Shown: positions 34,728 through 44,116 of the stretch, in pieces
Position numbering within the stretch: position 1 is the stretch's first letter
Layout of the letters: every line of letters starts with the position of its first letter
Origin: an uncultured Oscillospiraceae bacterium
GTDB lineage: Bacteria; Bacillota; Clostridia; Oscillospirales; Oscillospiraceae
NCBI GenBank assembly: GCA_947627715.1
Contig: CANQXK010000006.1
Coordinates: forward strand, 17,355-81,354
DNA: 64,000 nt
Direction of reading: 5' to 3'
Translations under genes and position numbers: made by a program
The notes under the pieces: model-generated
Seen by the model: only the letters and a program-made list of their open reading frames with translations
Database searches by the model: none
Told to the model about the DNA's origin: nothing

Positions 34728-35513
34728 TTAAGTATTGCCTAACAAGAAATTGATTGCAGGCATGCTGTGCTTAAATAAGGGAACTTTGAGCTTATTACAA
34801 ATTTTATCTAAATGTGCTATTTCATCAGAAACATCTACATATTTCATAGATTCTGCTAATGCTCCTTGCAAATATTCTGTATCACCATTGCAATATTTGA
34901 GAGTTTTTTCTCCTATATTTAAACGCATTAATATTTTATCATTGACCATAAGAGGCCCCGTGATTATACAATGGGCACTATTAGCAGCAAGTTCTACAAT
35001 TTTCTCTATTTCACTGTTTGGAATAATAAAGGAAGGGAAAAGAGGTCTAATTAGTAGCATAGTTCTAATGTTGCTGGTTTTTAGTTTTGATAAAAACTTT
35101 ATGCGTTCTGTTGTCTTAGGGATTAAGTGAGTATTTTCTGAAACATTTGCAGATTCCATTCCTATTACAGAACACGCCCAAAAAAGCATTTTATTTTGAG
35201 CTGTCATAATTTTGTTGAGTTCCAAGAGGCGCTGGTACTGGTTGTTATCCAATATATTTCTTGTAATGATCAATATATTACATTTGTAACGTTGAAAAAC
35301 TTTTTCACATAGTTCTAAACCTACTGCCGGATCAGCAAAGCTGTCACTACGTTGAGAAATATATACTATATCAAATTTTTCATTGGCAATCGAGGCAACA
35401 ATTTGATCGATGGTACGTTTTACGTCCCTTTCTATTTGATATGTATAACAGTGTTTACATTGAAACGGGCAGAAATCATCAACGGAAATTAACACACGTT
35501 TTTGTATATTCAT
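34728..35513 (-). CDS. Radical SAM enzyme (261 aa, no SPASM/twitch extension), unknown substrate
   Basis: An N-terminal CxxxCxxC motif: VDDFCPFQCKHCYTY. About 30% GC. Its ATG overlaps the stop of the upstream gene (ATGA at 35510-35513). Confidence 0.75.
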   Translation of the reverse strand: MNIQKRVLISVDDFCPFQCKHCYTYQIERDVKRTIDQIVASIANEKFDIVYISQRSDSFADPAVGLELCEKVFQRYKCNILIITRNILDNNQYQRLLELNKIMTAQNKMLFWACSVIGMESANVSENTHLIPKTTERIKFLSKLKTSNIRTMLLIRPLFPSFIIPNSEIEKIVELAANSAHCIITGPLMVNDKILMRLNIGEKTLKYCNGDTEYLQGALAESMKYVDVSDEIAHLDKICNKLKVPLFKHSMPAINFLLGNT

Positions 35514-36214
35514 CTATTTTCCCCTCCAATAATAACTTCAATTTTTTTGATCAAACCTATAGTATCAGTTTTGCTGATTTCTTCGAAAAGGTTTTTAATA
35601 ACGTAAAGCGCTTTAAAAATAAAGTTAATTTCATTTTCCCTAAAAACAAATGCTGGATAATTTTCTGTTTTTGTAGTAAAATCTATAGAACATGCGCCTA
35701 TAACCTTTGCGTCTCTTTTAATCAAAGTGGTAGCAATAGCAAAAATTTTATTGTTCACATCCCATATTGGTTTATTATATAGAGGAAATATATCATCATA
35801 ATCATCTGTAGATATCATTGTTAATTTATCATTTTCGTAAATATATGCGTTTTTCGGAGAATTATCGTTATACTGAAATTGTGCGAAAAGTGATTTGTTG
35901 TTTTTCCTAGTATTTTCAAAAAGGGCTCCAACAACTCCATATTTTATTGGCTTACTATCTATAGTTGCTTTTTTCCCTTCAATAATCGAATATCGTTTTT
36001 GGCTTTTTCTATCCAGCAATACTATATGATAATCTACTTTTAAATCATATGATATGTTTCCGAGAATATCTGTTATAGGAGATAGAACGCTTTCAAACAT
36101 ATTATTTAACGAATTGTCTGATAAAACTGATTGGAGATTTAGCAAAGTAATATCTTGACAATAGGGTTCTTGTTTTTTATTGTGTGGATTTTCTTGCGCT
36201 CCTATACTGGTCAT
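35510..36214 (-). CDS. Hypothetical 234-aa protein, possibly a GAF-like ligand-binding fold
   Basis: No catalytic motif was recognised. The alternating pattern (...HIVLLD...YGVVGALFEN...IFAIATTLIKRDAKVIGACSIDF...FIFKALYVIKNLFEEI) is reminiscent of GAF domains. It is translationally coupled on both sides. Confidence 0.4.
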   Translation of the reverse strand: MTSIGAQENPHNKKQEPYCQDITLLNLQSVLSDNSLNNMFESVLSPITDILGNISYDLKVDYHIVLLDRKSQKRYSIIEGKKATIDSKPIKYGVVGALFENTRKNNKSLFAQFQYNDNSPKNAYIYENDKLTMISTDDYDDIFPLYNKPIWDVNNKIFAIATTLIKRDAKVIGACSIDFTTKTENYPAFVFRENEINFIFKALYVIKNLFEEISKTDTIGLIKKIEVIIGGENR

Positions 36215-36410
36215 TTTTTCCTCCTATGTAAATCCTCTTCAATTTTTGCAATAATATCGGTTATTCTCATCTCTAATTCAGCAATATGATTGTCGGCTAT
36301 TTCGATATCTTCGAATTTATGGTTTGTACGCCATGTGTGCCAACTGTTATATTCGTTAATTAAATCATAAAATCATAAAATAGAAAAATGTTATTTTTGC
36401 TATCTTGGCT

Positions 36411-36698
36411 TTAAAATTCCTTGCATTGAAAAAGCAACTCCATTTTTTGCCCATATATCCATGCATCAAATACTGGCGTAGAAACAGGTTCGATATAATA
36501 ATATACTGCATCCTTATCTTTTCTTTGAATATCACGAATCGTTTTCTTGACGCAATCCAATTCAGATATAATATTATCTTTTATATTATTCCTTTCTCTC
36601 CGTATATTCCTTTTATCATATATGCTAGTAAAAAATATAGCCAATGTACAGCCAACACAAGTGGAAATTAAAGTCGGTATAAACTGTGACCAATCCAT
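36411..36698 (-). CDS. Small membrane-anchored protein (96 aa, one N-terminal TM helix), possibly the 5' part of a disrupted longer gene
   Basis: MDWSQFIPTLISTCVGCTLAIFFTSIYDKRNIRRERN..., preceded by an AGGGGA RBS. Downstream, a start-less 50-codon frame (36215-36367: ...NEYNSWHTWRTNHKFEDIEIADNHIAELEMRITDIIAKIEEDLHRRKK*) ends in a TGA that overlaps the ATG of the next gene. Confidence 0.45.
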   Translation of the reverse strand: MDWSQFIPTLISTCVGCTLAIFFTSIYDKRNIRRERNNIKDNIISELDCVKKTIRDIQRKDKDAVYYYIEPVSTPVFDAWIYGQKMELLFQCKEF

Positions 36699-37097
36699 AA
36701 TAGCATCCCCTAAGCTAATTATTTTGATATTTTCTTCTATCGTGCCGCCCATTCTCCAAAAATGCAACAAAGAGCATAAACATTTGTTAAATTTTCATAT
36801 AAAAACGTTCCTAAAAGCTATATGTTTTATCTAATAGTTTTTGTTACACAGTTTCTGTATTTTTTGATTTTTTGTGAAAGGAATATTTAAACATCATGCT
36901 TTCTTCAAACGCTTTTGATGTCAACGCTACCTGTAATGGCAAATTATGGCCCAACAGGACTGCTTTGGAGCTGAACATTGCATAACGTAATGTTTGTACT
37001 AATATTTAATTTATTAAAGATCTTTAACCGAGCGGCGAGATTTTTTCGTACAAGGCAAGAAAGACGGTGCCGGGAATGCAAATGTTCAACCGCGATA

Positions 37098-37181
37098 CCT
37101 CAAATTCTGCGGGGGGACCCCCTGCAATTTTTGGGAGGGGAATCATATTAACAAGACGTAAGGCAGCAAGAATAAAGCCCT
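37098..37181. repeat. Direct repeat R2 (~84 bp) flanking the AT-rich cassette
   Basis: CCTCAAATTCTGCGGGGGGACCCCCTGCAATTTTTGGGAGGGGAATCATATTAACAAGACGTAAGGCAGCAAGAATAAAGCCCT, in the same orientation as R1. Confidence 0.8.
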
Positions 37182-37201
37182 CTGCCAATGCGGGTACGTA
37201 G

Positions 37202-38011
37202 CTACCCTGCCGCCTTCATCGCCAGCACCCCGTCCGCGATGGCCTGGGCGATGGTGTCTTGATAGGCTTCCGACTGGAGCCGGGCGCGCTCGGCGGGGTT
37301 GGAGAGAAAGCCGATCTCCACAAGCGAAGCGGGCATGACAGTGTCCCGAATGACCTGGTAGTTGGCGTCCTTGACGCTGCGGGTCTTGACGCCCAGTTCG
37401 CCGGCCGCCGCCAATATGTACTCTGCCAGGCGCTGCCCCTTTTTGCCGTTGTGGTAGTAGCTCTCAAGGCCGTTTATGGAGCTGTCCTCATAGGAATTGC
37501 AGTGGACGCTCACAAAAAGGTCCGCGCCGGCATCGTTGGCGATCCGGCACCGCTCGTCTAAGGACACGTCCGTATCGTCCTCCCGCGTCAGGATGACCGT
37601 CACGCCCTCGGCCCTCAGCTTTTCGGCGGCAAGCAAAGTTACTGCGAGAGTGATGTCCTTTTCCAGCACGCCGTCAAAGGCACAGCCGGACTGGACGCCG
37701 CCGTGGCCCGCGTCCAGAACGACCACATACGCTTCGGCACCGGCCTCCGTCGCGGGATCGTTCCCCGTTTCTGCCCCGCCTGAACCCGCGATCGTCTCCC
37801 CCTTTGGCTGGGCATCGCCGCCGCTTTTGGGGAAGAGATGCTCCCTGACGTACAAAACGCCGCAGATCAGGAGCGCGGCCAGCAGCGCCGCCAGCAGGGC
37901 AAACAGCGCCTGAAGGGCATACGCCGCCGCCAATCTCGCCCCGCGCTTTCTCCTTCTCCCCGCCGGGCGGGGACGTGTGGAGGCAAGGTTTTCGTTTCGC
38001 TGTCCGTCCAT
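37202..38011 (-). CDS. N-acetylmuramoyl-L-alanine amidase (Amidase_3 family) with N-terminal membrane anchor
   Basis: VVLDAGHGG...LFVSVHCNS...ASLVEIGFLSNP motifs. The N-terminal TM segment reads LAAAYALQALFALLAALLAALLICGVLY. Confidence 0.85.
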   Translation of the reverse strand: MDGQRNENLASTRPRPAGRRRKRGARLAAAYALQALFALLAALLAALLICGVLYVREHLFPKSGGDAQPKGETIAGSGGAETGNDPATEAGAEAYVVVLDAGHGGVQSGCAFDGVLEKDITLAVTLLAAEKLRAEGVTVILTREDDTDVSLDERCRIANDAGADLFVSVHCNSYEDSSINGLESYYHNGKKGQRLAEYILAAAGELGVKTRSVKDANYQVIRDTVMPASLVEIGFLSNPAERARLQSEAYQDTIAQAIADGVLAMKAAG

Positions 38012-39793
38012 TTAGTCGAACGCTCCGTCCGGCATGACGTTCTCCCGTTCGGAGGCGGTGACGCGCAGTCCTTCCGCCGTCAGGCGAAAATCGCTGACCG
38101 CCTCCTCGCTCACAAGGGCGGTCTCCCCGGTTTTTGTGTCGCGGCGCGTCAGGAACCCCTGGGCGCTTATATAATAGATCGCTTCGCCGTCAAAGGCGAC
38201 GTTGCGGGTTGAAGGGATCCCAAGCGCGGAGACCTTCCCGGTCCGAAGCTCCACCCGGCGGATGTCGGAACCCAGGAGGTAGACGTACCTGTCATCCACG
38301 AAGAAATCCCCGCCGATGGGGACGCTCAGGTCTTGCCCGGTGGGCACGTCGATCCCCAACACCGTATGCTGGACCACCCTCTCAAACACCACCCGTGAGG
38401 TAAACGTGTCGAGGTTTACGCAGATGAGGGAGGTTATGTAGGTCTTCCCGGTATCTGACGAGAGCTTCTGCCCGTACCCCGCCGAGGCCTGCCTCCACAG
38501 ATAAACGCAGTTTCCGGCGGCGTAGAAATTGGCGTCATACGCCGCCCCGTTCACGCTCTTGAGGGCGTCGCGGATAAGCGGGGCCGAGCGGCCGGAGCTG
38601 TCCGTCACGGCAAGCTCCCCGTCCCTGACGCTGACAGTGAGGCCGTTATATTGATAGCTTCGATGGTCGCGGCTGTTGTATATGGGGTCCGCGCCGGGGG
38701 CTGGCGCCTCTTTCGCGCATCCGGCCAGCGTGAGGCAGAGGGCCAGGGAGAGACACAGCGCGGCAGCCTTTCTCTTCGGCCCACACCCGCCCGAAAGGGC
38801 CGTTTGGTATCGCTTACGGATAAACAGAACGCCGGTCACGCCGATCAGCAAAGCGCCCGCGGCGGTCAGGGCGAGCTTCTCCCAGCCCACCTCCCGGAAC
38901 ACCGCCACGCTTTGGCCGGTTATGGCATCGACCCCATACTCGCTTCCCTGTATAAAACCGACCGCCGTTATAAAAGAGGAGGGCAACGGGAGGGCATATT
39001 GAACGGACCTGCCAAGCCCGATCCACGGAAGGACCGCGACGGCGGTTCCAAGGAACGCGGACAGGGCGAACTGGCCGCAGAGGGCGGAGAAGGCAAGGGC
39101 GATTATGGCAAGCTCCATTGCCCCCAGGAGCCGGAGGCCCACCGCCAGGGTCTCCGCGCCCCACAGCGGCAGGGTCTTCACGGCGGAGCCGAGGCTCTCC
39201 ACGCTCTGCATGGGATAGCCGCCGTGGGGCAGCCCGTACTTTACCGCGAAAAACACAAGGCGCACAAGGTCGGACGACAGCGACAGCACGGCCGCGACAG
39301 TCAGCGTCAGGACGATCTTATGCCGCGCAAAGAGGCGCCTTCCGTTCCGGGAGGTCAGCGCCAGCGGCTCCATGCCGCCGGCCGCCTCGCCGCAGTAGAC
39401 GGGGACCGCCAGCAGAATGACGGCCGCGACGAGAGGGAGATCCAACGCCCTGTCCGCCAAAAGGCCCGCCCAGCCGTTGGCATCCAGAAAATAGCGGTTT
39501 TCTTTTCCCTCGTTTACATAGAGGTACTGCTTATAAAGCACATCGAATCCCTCACTGCCCCGCGCCGTATCCCGCGCCTCTTTTTCCAGGAAGGCGGCCT
39601 TTTCCGATGTCCACGGCCCCTCCACTTTCTCAAGCTCGCTGAGATACTGCTCCCTGTAAAGCGCCGCGCCGGCGTTGACCGGGGCGTCTCCCAGAATCAG
39701 CACGGCAAGCTCGGACATAAGGAACAGCGCGATGATGAGGACACCGCGGTTCCTTTTAAACATTTTCCGCACCTCAAGCTTCCACAGCGTCAT
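38012..39793 (-). CDS. ABC-2-type permease-like membrane domain fused to a C-terminal extracytoplasmic (beta-propeller-like) domain
   Basis: The true start is probably MTLWKLEVRKMFKRNRGVLIIALFL (ATG at 39791-39793), overlapping the upstream stop (ATGA). There are six or so TM helices. After LSLALCLTLAGC comes a soluble domain with repeated ...YVYLLG.../...AIYYIS... strands. Confidence 0.6.
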   Translation of the reverse strand: MTLWKLEVRKMFKRNRGVLIIALFLMSELAVLILGDAPVNAGAALYREQYLSELEKVEGPWTSEKAAFLEKEARDTARGSEGFDVLYKQYLYVNEGKENRYFLDANGWAGLLADRALDLPLVAAVILLAVPVYCGEAAGGMEPLALTSRNGRRLFARHKIVLTLTVAAVLSLSSDLVRLVFFAVKYGLPHGGYPMQSVESLGSAVKTLPLWGAETLAVGLRLLGAMELAIIALAFSALCGQFALSAFLGTAVAVLPWIGLGRSVQYALPLPSSFITAVGFIQGSEYGVDAITGQSVAVFREVGWEKLALTAAGALLIGVTGVLFIRKRYQTALSGGCGPKRKAAALCLSLALCLTLAGCAKEAPAPGADPIYNSRDHRSYQYNGLTVSVRDGELAVTDSSGRSAPLIRDALKSVNGAAYDANFYAAGNCVYLWRQASAGYGQKLSSDTGKTYITSLICVNLDTFTSRVVFERVVQHTVLGIDVPTGQDLSVPIGGDFFVDDRYVYLLGSDIRRVELRTGKVSALGIPSTRNVAFDGEAIYYISAQGFLTRRDTKTGETALVSEEAVSDFRLTAEGLRVTASERENVMPDGAFD

Positions 39794-40995
39794 CGCAAGG
39801 CCCCCTTTCGCAGTTTGCTTTTGCCGCCGAAAAGGACGGCCAGCGCGGCGGCGGCAATACCCAGCAGGGCCGTGAACACAAGTCCCGCCTGCCAGGTAAG
39901 GACGGGTACGCCGAAGATGCTTACAAACTCCGTCCTGCCAAAGAGGAGCCGGTTCACCACCACGGAATAGGGGTTCAGCACCTTCGCAAGCGCACCGCTT
40001 GAATAGCCCCACCTGACCCCCGCCAGAGTGCAGATGAGGAACACGCCCGCGCCCAGGGCGAAGGGCAGAAGGGCATGATTTCCGGCCTCGCCAAGCGCCA
40101 GGAATACCATACCCAGCGTCCAGAAGCCCAGGGCGCGGCTGAGGGCGCTGACGGCGCTGTAGGCGAAGAGCGTCATGTTGACCGACGCCTCCCTGAAGGT
40201 CTCCGCCGCGTAGACCGGGAGGCCGCCCGCGTCCGTGAGGTTGGAAAACGCCTCAAAGCCCGCGAAGTCCACGGCGGAAAACCACAGGGAGACGGCGAAT
40301 ATGTAGATCGAGGCCGCCGCGATCTTCGCAAATATCGTGGCGGGTCCTCCGCCGGGTGAGGTCAGCATCAGCTCCGTCATGCGGCACTCCTTGTCACGGG
40401 TGAAGGTCTGGGAGAGGGCGTAAAGCGCCAGCAGGAGGATGAGCATGGTGGAGAAATCATAGTTTAAGTAAAGCTTGTACCCCTCCGTGTAGTAAAACCG
40501 CGTGACGCGCCGGCCCTGGTAGAGCCTCGCTATGGCCGCGTTTTTCCGGGCCTCACAGGTATTTCCCAGACTTTCGTAAAATTGCGCGTTCTCACGGGCC
40601 GCCCGCACCACCTCCGCCGCGTCCGTTCGGTAGGTGTAGAACCGCTCCATGGGGTCAACGAAGTATCGCTCAAGCAGGTTCTTGTCGCTGTATACGTTCC
40701 CGGTCAGCGTCCCCTCCACATCGCCCCGCGTCGTGGCGGTGAGGTCGTTGACCGCTGTTTCCAAGGGCTTGTAGACGTCCAACAGCGCGTTTATCTTGGC
40801 AAGGGTGATCTCCCCTCTGTAGTTTTCATACTGCTCCCAGTAGACCCGGTCCCAGGCCGCGTCCTCATGCAGATAGGAGATGCTGTCCACAGTGGCGTAA
40901 ATTTTCGCAAGGTCAAAAACCGTGAATGCCGCCAGAGCGACGAGGACAGGCAGCCGCAAAAAGAGCTTTTTCAGTTCAAAACCCACAAGCCTCAC
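39790..40995 (-). CDS. ABC-2-type transporter permease
   Basis: MRLVGFELKKLFLRLPVLVALAAF..., polytopic. Its GTG start overlaps the ATPase stop (GTGA). Confidence 0.7.
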   Translation of the reverse strand: MRLVGFELKKLFLRLPVLVALAAFTVFDLAKIYATVDSISYLHEDAAWDRVYWEQYENYRGEITLAKINALLDVYKPLETAVNDLTATTRGDVEGTLTGNVYSDKNLLERYFVDPMERFYTYRTDAAEVVRAARENAQFYESLGNTCEARKNAAIARLYQGRRVTRFYYTEGYKLYLNYDFSTMLILLLALYALSQTFTRDKECRMTELMLTSPGGGPATIFAKIAAASIYIFAVSLWFSAVDFAGFEAFSNLTDAGGLPVYAAETFREASVNMTLFAYSAVSALSRALGFWTLGMVFLALGEAGNHALLPFALGAGVFLICTLAGVRWGYSSGALAKVLNPYSVVVNRLLFGRTEFVSIFGVPVLTWQAGLVFTALLGIAAAALAVLFGGKSKLRKGALR

Positions 40996-41861
40996 AGCTC
41001 CACCTCCCCAAAGTGGGAGAGGAACACGTCCTCAAGATTAGGCTCCGCGTGGACCGCGCCGGGGTGGGGCATCCCCCGGCAGACGATGCGCATGGTGACG
41101 CCCGCGTCGGTCCTGCGCATATTGCTGATGTTGAATTTGTCAAACTGCCCCAGGTCCTCCCCCTCCGGCACCGTCACCGTCCAGACGAGTCCCGCGCACT
41201 CCCGCTCCAGCTCATGGGGCGTGTCCTGACAGATAAGCCGGCCCTCCTTCAAAAGAATGACCTCGTTGGCGATGAATTCCACATCGGAGACGATGTGGGT
41301 GGCCAGAAGGACCATCCGATCCTTGGAAAATCGGGTGATCAGGTTGCGGAACCGAATCCGCTCCTGGGGGTCAAGCCCCGCCGTGGGTTCATCGAGAATG
41401 AGGATGGCGGGATCCGACAGCATGGCCTGGACAATGCCCACGCGCTGGCGCATACCGCCGGACAGCGCCCCCACCTTCTTGTCTCCGGCGTCAGAGAGGT
41501 TGACCACCGCCAAAAGCTCCGACGCCCGCTTTTTGCCTTCAGCCGCCGGGATGCCCTTCAGGGCGCACATATAGGCCAGAAAGTCCGTCACCGTGAAGTC
41601 CCGGTAGAACTCCGGGTACTGGGGCAGGTAGCCGATTTTTGACAAAAACTCCCGCCCCAGCTCCCGCACGTCTGTGCCCTCCACGGTTATTCTGCCGGAA
41701 TCGGGCTTCACCAGGCCCACAAGAATGCTTATGAGCGTGGTTTTCCCCGCGCCGTTGGCGCCTAAAAGCCCATAGACGCCGCTTGAAAGCGCGGCGGAGA
41801 ACTCCCGGAGGGCGTACTTCCGGCGGTATCGCTTGGAGATATTTTCAAACCTGATTTCCAT
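40992..41861 (-). CDS. ABC transporter ATP-binding protein
   Basis: Walker A GANGAGKTT, signature LSGGMRQR, Walker B ILILDEPTAGLD. The ATG at 41859-41861 lies 7 nt after a GAGG; the ORF-track TTG at 41867 is less likely. Confidence 0.9.
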   Translation of the reverse strand: MEIRFENISKRYRRKYALREFSAALSSGVYGLLGANGAGKTTLISILVGLVKPDSGRITVEGTDVRELGREFLSKIGYLPQYPEFYRDFTVTDFLAYMCALKGIPAAEGKKRASELLAVVNLSDAGDKKVGALSGGMRQRVGIVQAMLSDPAILILDEPTAGLDPQERIRFRNLITRFSKDRMVLLATHIVSDVEFIANEVILLKEGRLICQDTPHELERECAGLVWTVTVPEGEDLGQFDKFNISNMRRTDAGVTMRIVCRGMPHPGAVHAEPNLEDVFLSHFGEVEL

Positions 41862-41870
41862 ATTCAAGCC

Positions 41871-43997
41871 TCACGCGAAGGACAGCGCCACGACCCGCGC
41901 CGGTACGTCTGAAAATCCTCCGATCTTCACAAGGCACAGCTTCAGGTCGTCCAAAATGACGAGGCCGGGAGCGGCGCCGAAAACATCCCCGTTCTTGTCC
42001 GTGATGGTGTACTCCAGACGCAGGCTGTCATCCTCCGTCCCGTAGATACGCACAGTCAGGCTTCCGTCAAACGCCGTGGTGGCAAAATATTCGCCGTCGC
42101 GGGAGATATAGAGATCCCCTCTGCCCTCCGGCGCTGAGTGCCTGTAAATCGCGCTGGTCAATCCGTCCACATCCACCACGGCCATGGCCCCGGAGGCGGT
42201 AAAGAAGTTTTCATTGAAAAGCATCCTTCCCCCGGCGTACCCCACCGGCCCCTGGGGGTCGAAGCCATCAAACCCGGCGCAGACAAAGCCCTCGCCGTCA
42301 AGCCCCACGCTGCCGAAATGGGCGTTGTCGGAAAAAACGAGCTTCGAGGAGTCCCCGCTGAACCACAGGCCCGTGGCCATGGTGATGCCGCTGTTCTCCT
42401 CCCGGCGGTCGCGGGCCAGATCGCGCAGGAGCGTGACCTTATCGTTGCCGCGGTCATAGAGGTAGATCCCGTCATTCATAACGGAGAAAGCCGCATAACG
42501 CCCGTCCGGGGAGACGGCGGCACACATGATGTTCTTATCCCCTCCGGCGAGAGCGGAGAGGGAAACCCTGTCTGTTTCCGATAGCGTGCTGTCGAGGAAA
42601 ACGCACACCGTGTCGCTCCCTTCGGAAGCGGCCTCGGTCAACGCGGCGGCCCCGCCGCCTCCCTCCGCCTCGCCCACGGCGCAGAAGCCTCCGTTGATTG
42701 GATGGTATGCGGCGTTCTTGAGAGCAGGAACCGGCCCCTCGGCCAGGACCTCGCCGGATCTCATGTCTACAAGGCATACTGTGTCCGCCTTTCGGACAAG
42801 CACAGTGTCCCCTGTGCCGTACCACAGGGAACGGACGTTTTCGTCCATCGCCTCAGGGATTTCCGCCACGCTGCAGGCGGGTGTGCCGCTTTCGGTCTGA
42901 TTCCCGCTGTCTTGAGGCCCGCCCGCGTCAAGCTTGTCCTGAGACCATATGGGCAGGGAGTCTGTTTTGATCAGCCCCCAGCTTCGGGCGTTGCCGTCCT
43001 CGCCGTCCCTGATGCAGGCGACGGCATAGAAGGTGGTCACCCCCTCCAGACCGTCCAGGCTGAGGTCGCCTTCCACTCTCGCGACCTTCCCTTTTTCCAA
43101 GGTCACCTCCCAAACCGCATCGGCCCCGTCCGCCAGGGGCACGTGGTCCGCGAAAAAGGAGACCTCGTAGGTGATCCCCGGTATTCCGCAGATGTCCAGC
43201 GCCACGTGGAGAGAATCTCTTCCCGTGACTTCAAGGTCGTTGAGTTCCTGCTTTCCGTCATAGGTGTCGAAAACGTAGACGGTCTTGTCGAGTCTGTCCT
43301 GGCGCGTCTCGCCGTCCAAGGCGGTCATGCCGGTCTGCGCGCCGAGGTTTTTTTCCACAAATTCCGCGGTCATCAGCTCATTTGTGACCGTAACGCTGGT
43401 TAGCGCCTTTAAGGGTTCCGCGCCGGGGGCCCCGGTTTCGGGGCCGGCGGAGAAATGGATGAAGTTTATGGTGCTGAGCGCGTCTCCGTAGAGGCCGAAG
43501 TTAGACGAGTTCACCATATCCGGCTCAAAATCGGCGTTGAAAATATTGGCCACGGTAAACGTCAGCGTCTCCCCGGCCGCCCCCGTAACAGGGACAAAGT
43601 TGAAGGTGAACTGCTCCTCCACGTTATCCTCGCGGAGGGTGAACGGGTGCATATAGCCGTACTCGCCCTGGCCGTTCAACCTGTAGGGCTGGGGTATGCC
43701 GTTAAGGAACAGCAGGAACCCCACGTTTCTTCCCGTCCCATCGCCCTCGGCGCGGTAGGGGACCTCAAGCTCGCCGCCGGTATACTCCAGCGGCACGTCT
43801 TCTTCGCGCCCCGACCAATTTCCGCTGTGTGAAACATAGCCGAGGATCTCCGGCGGCCCTTCGTAGTCGAAGGGGTTGCTCTCCGCCTCCATCCCCGCGT
43901 CCCCGCTGCTCTCTTCGGGATCCCCGTTTGTCCCGCAGCCGGACAGAAGGGAAAGCAGCAGGCAGACCGTCAGAAATAACGCCGTCCTGGTTTTCAT
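41871..43997 (-). CDS. Large lipoprotein (708 aa) with a C-terminal TolB/WD40-like beta-propeller region
   Basis: MKTRTALFLTVCLLLSLLSGC has a lipobox, with an AGGAGCG RBS. The C-terminus contains SPDGRYAAFSVMNDGIYLYD-type repeats. The 60 extra N-terminal codons in the ORF track overlap the terminator region and are rejected. Confidence 0.7.
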   Translation of the reverse strand: MKTRTALFLTVCLLLSLLSGCGTNGDPEESSGDAGMEAESNPFDYEGPPEILGYVSHSGNWSGREEDVPLEYTGGELEVPYRAEGDGTGRNVGFLLFLNGIPQPYRLNGQGEYGYMHPFTLREDNVEEQFTFNFVPVTGAAGETLTFTVANIFNADFEPDMVNSSNFGLYGDALSTINFIHFSAGPETGAPGAEPLKALTSVTVTNELMTAEFVEKNLGAQTGMTALDGETRQDRLDKTVYVFDTYDGKQELNDLEVTGRDSLHVALDICGIPGITYEVSFFADHVPLADGADAVWEVTLEKGKVARVEGDLSLDGLEGVTTFYAVACIRDGEDGNARSWGLIKTDSLPIWSQDKLDAGGPQDSGNQTESGTPACSVAEIPEAMDENVRSLWYGTGDTVLVRKADTVCLVDMRSGEVLAEGPVPALKNAAYHPINGGFCAVGEAEGGGGAAALTEAASEGSDTVCVFLDSTLSETDRVSLSALAGGDKNIMCAAVSPDGRYAAFSVMNDGIYLYDRGNDKVTLLRDLARDRREENSGITMATGLWFSGDSSKLVFSDNAHFGSVGLDGEGFVCAGFDGFDPQGPVGYAGGRMLFNENFFTASGAMAVVDVDGLTSAIYRHSAPEGRGDLYISRDGEYFATTAFDGSLTVRIYGTEDDSLRLEYTITDKNGDVFGAAPGLVILDDLKLCLVKIGGFSDVPARVVALSFA

Positions 43998-44116
43998 GAA
44001 AATCGCTCCTTTCCAAACGATGGCCTGAGTATACAGTCGAAAGGTCAACTTTTGGACAAGGCCGCGAAAAAAGCCGCCCACTTTTTTGTGAGCGGCCTTT
44101 TTATACAAATTGAATA

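Noticed and set aside
38651-39970. A 439-aa plus-strand ORF antisense to the ABC-2 permease genes. The ORFs at 53630-54814, 54932-55717, 59443-60771, 61982-63874, 51088-52173, 52300-53127 and 49669-50568 are similar.
   Set aside because: All are antisense shadow ORFs of well-supported genes in GC-rich DNA. The products are Arg/Gly/Pro/His-rich and carry no motifs.
38012-40012. N-terminal extensions proposed by the ORF track for 38012-40012 (73 extra codons), 41871-44177 (60 extra codons), 46264-47511 (33 extra codons) and 13420-13737 (34 extra codons).
   Set aside because: In each case an internal ATG with a good RBS, a signal or TM start, or stop-start coupling to the upstream gene fits better. 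The extensions overlap upstream genes or terminators.
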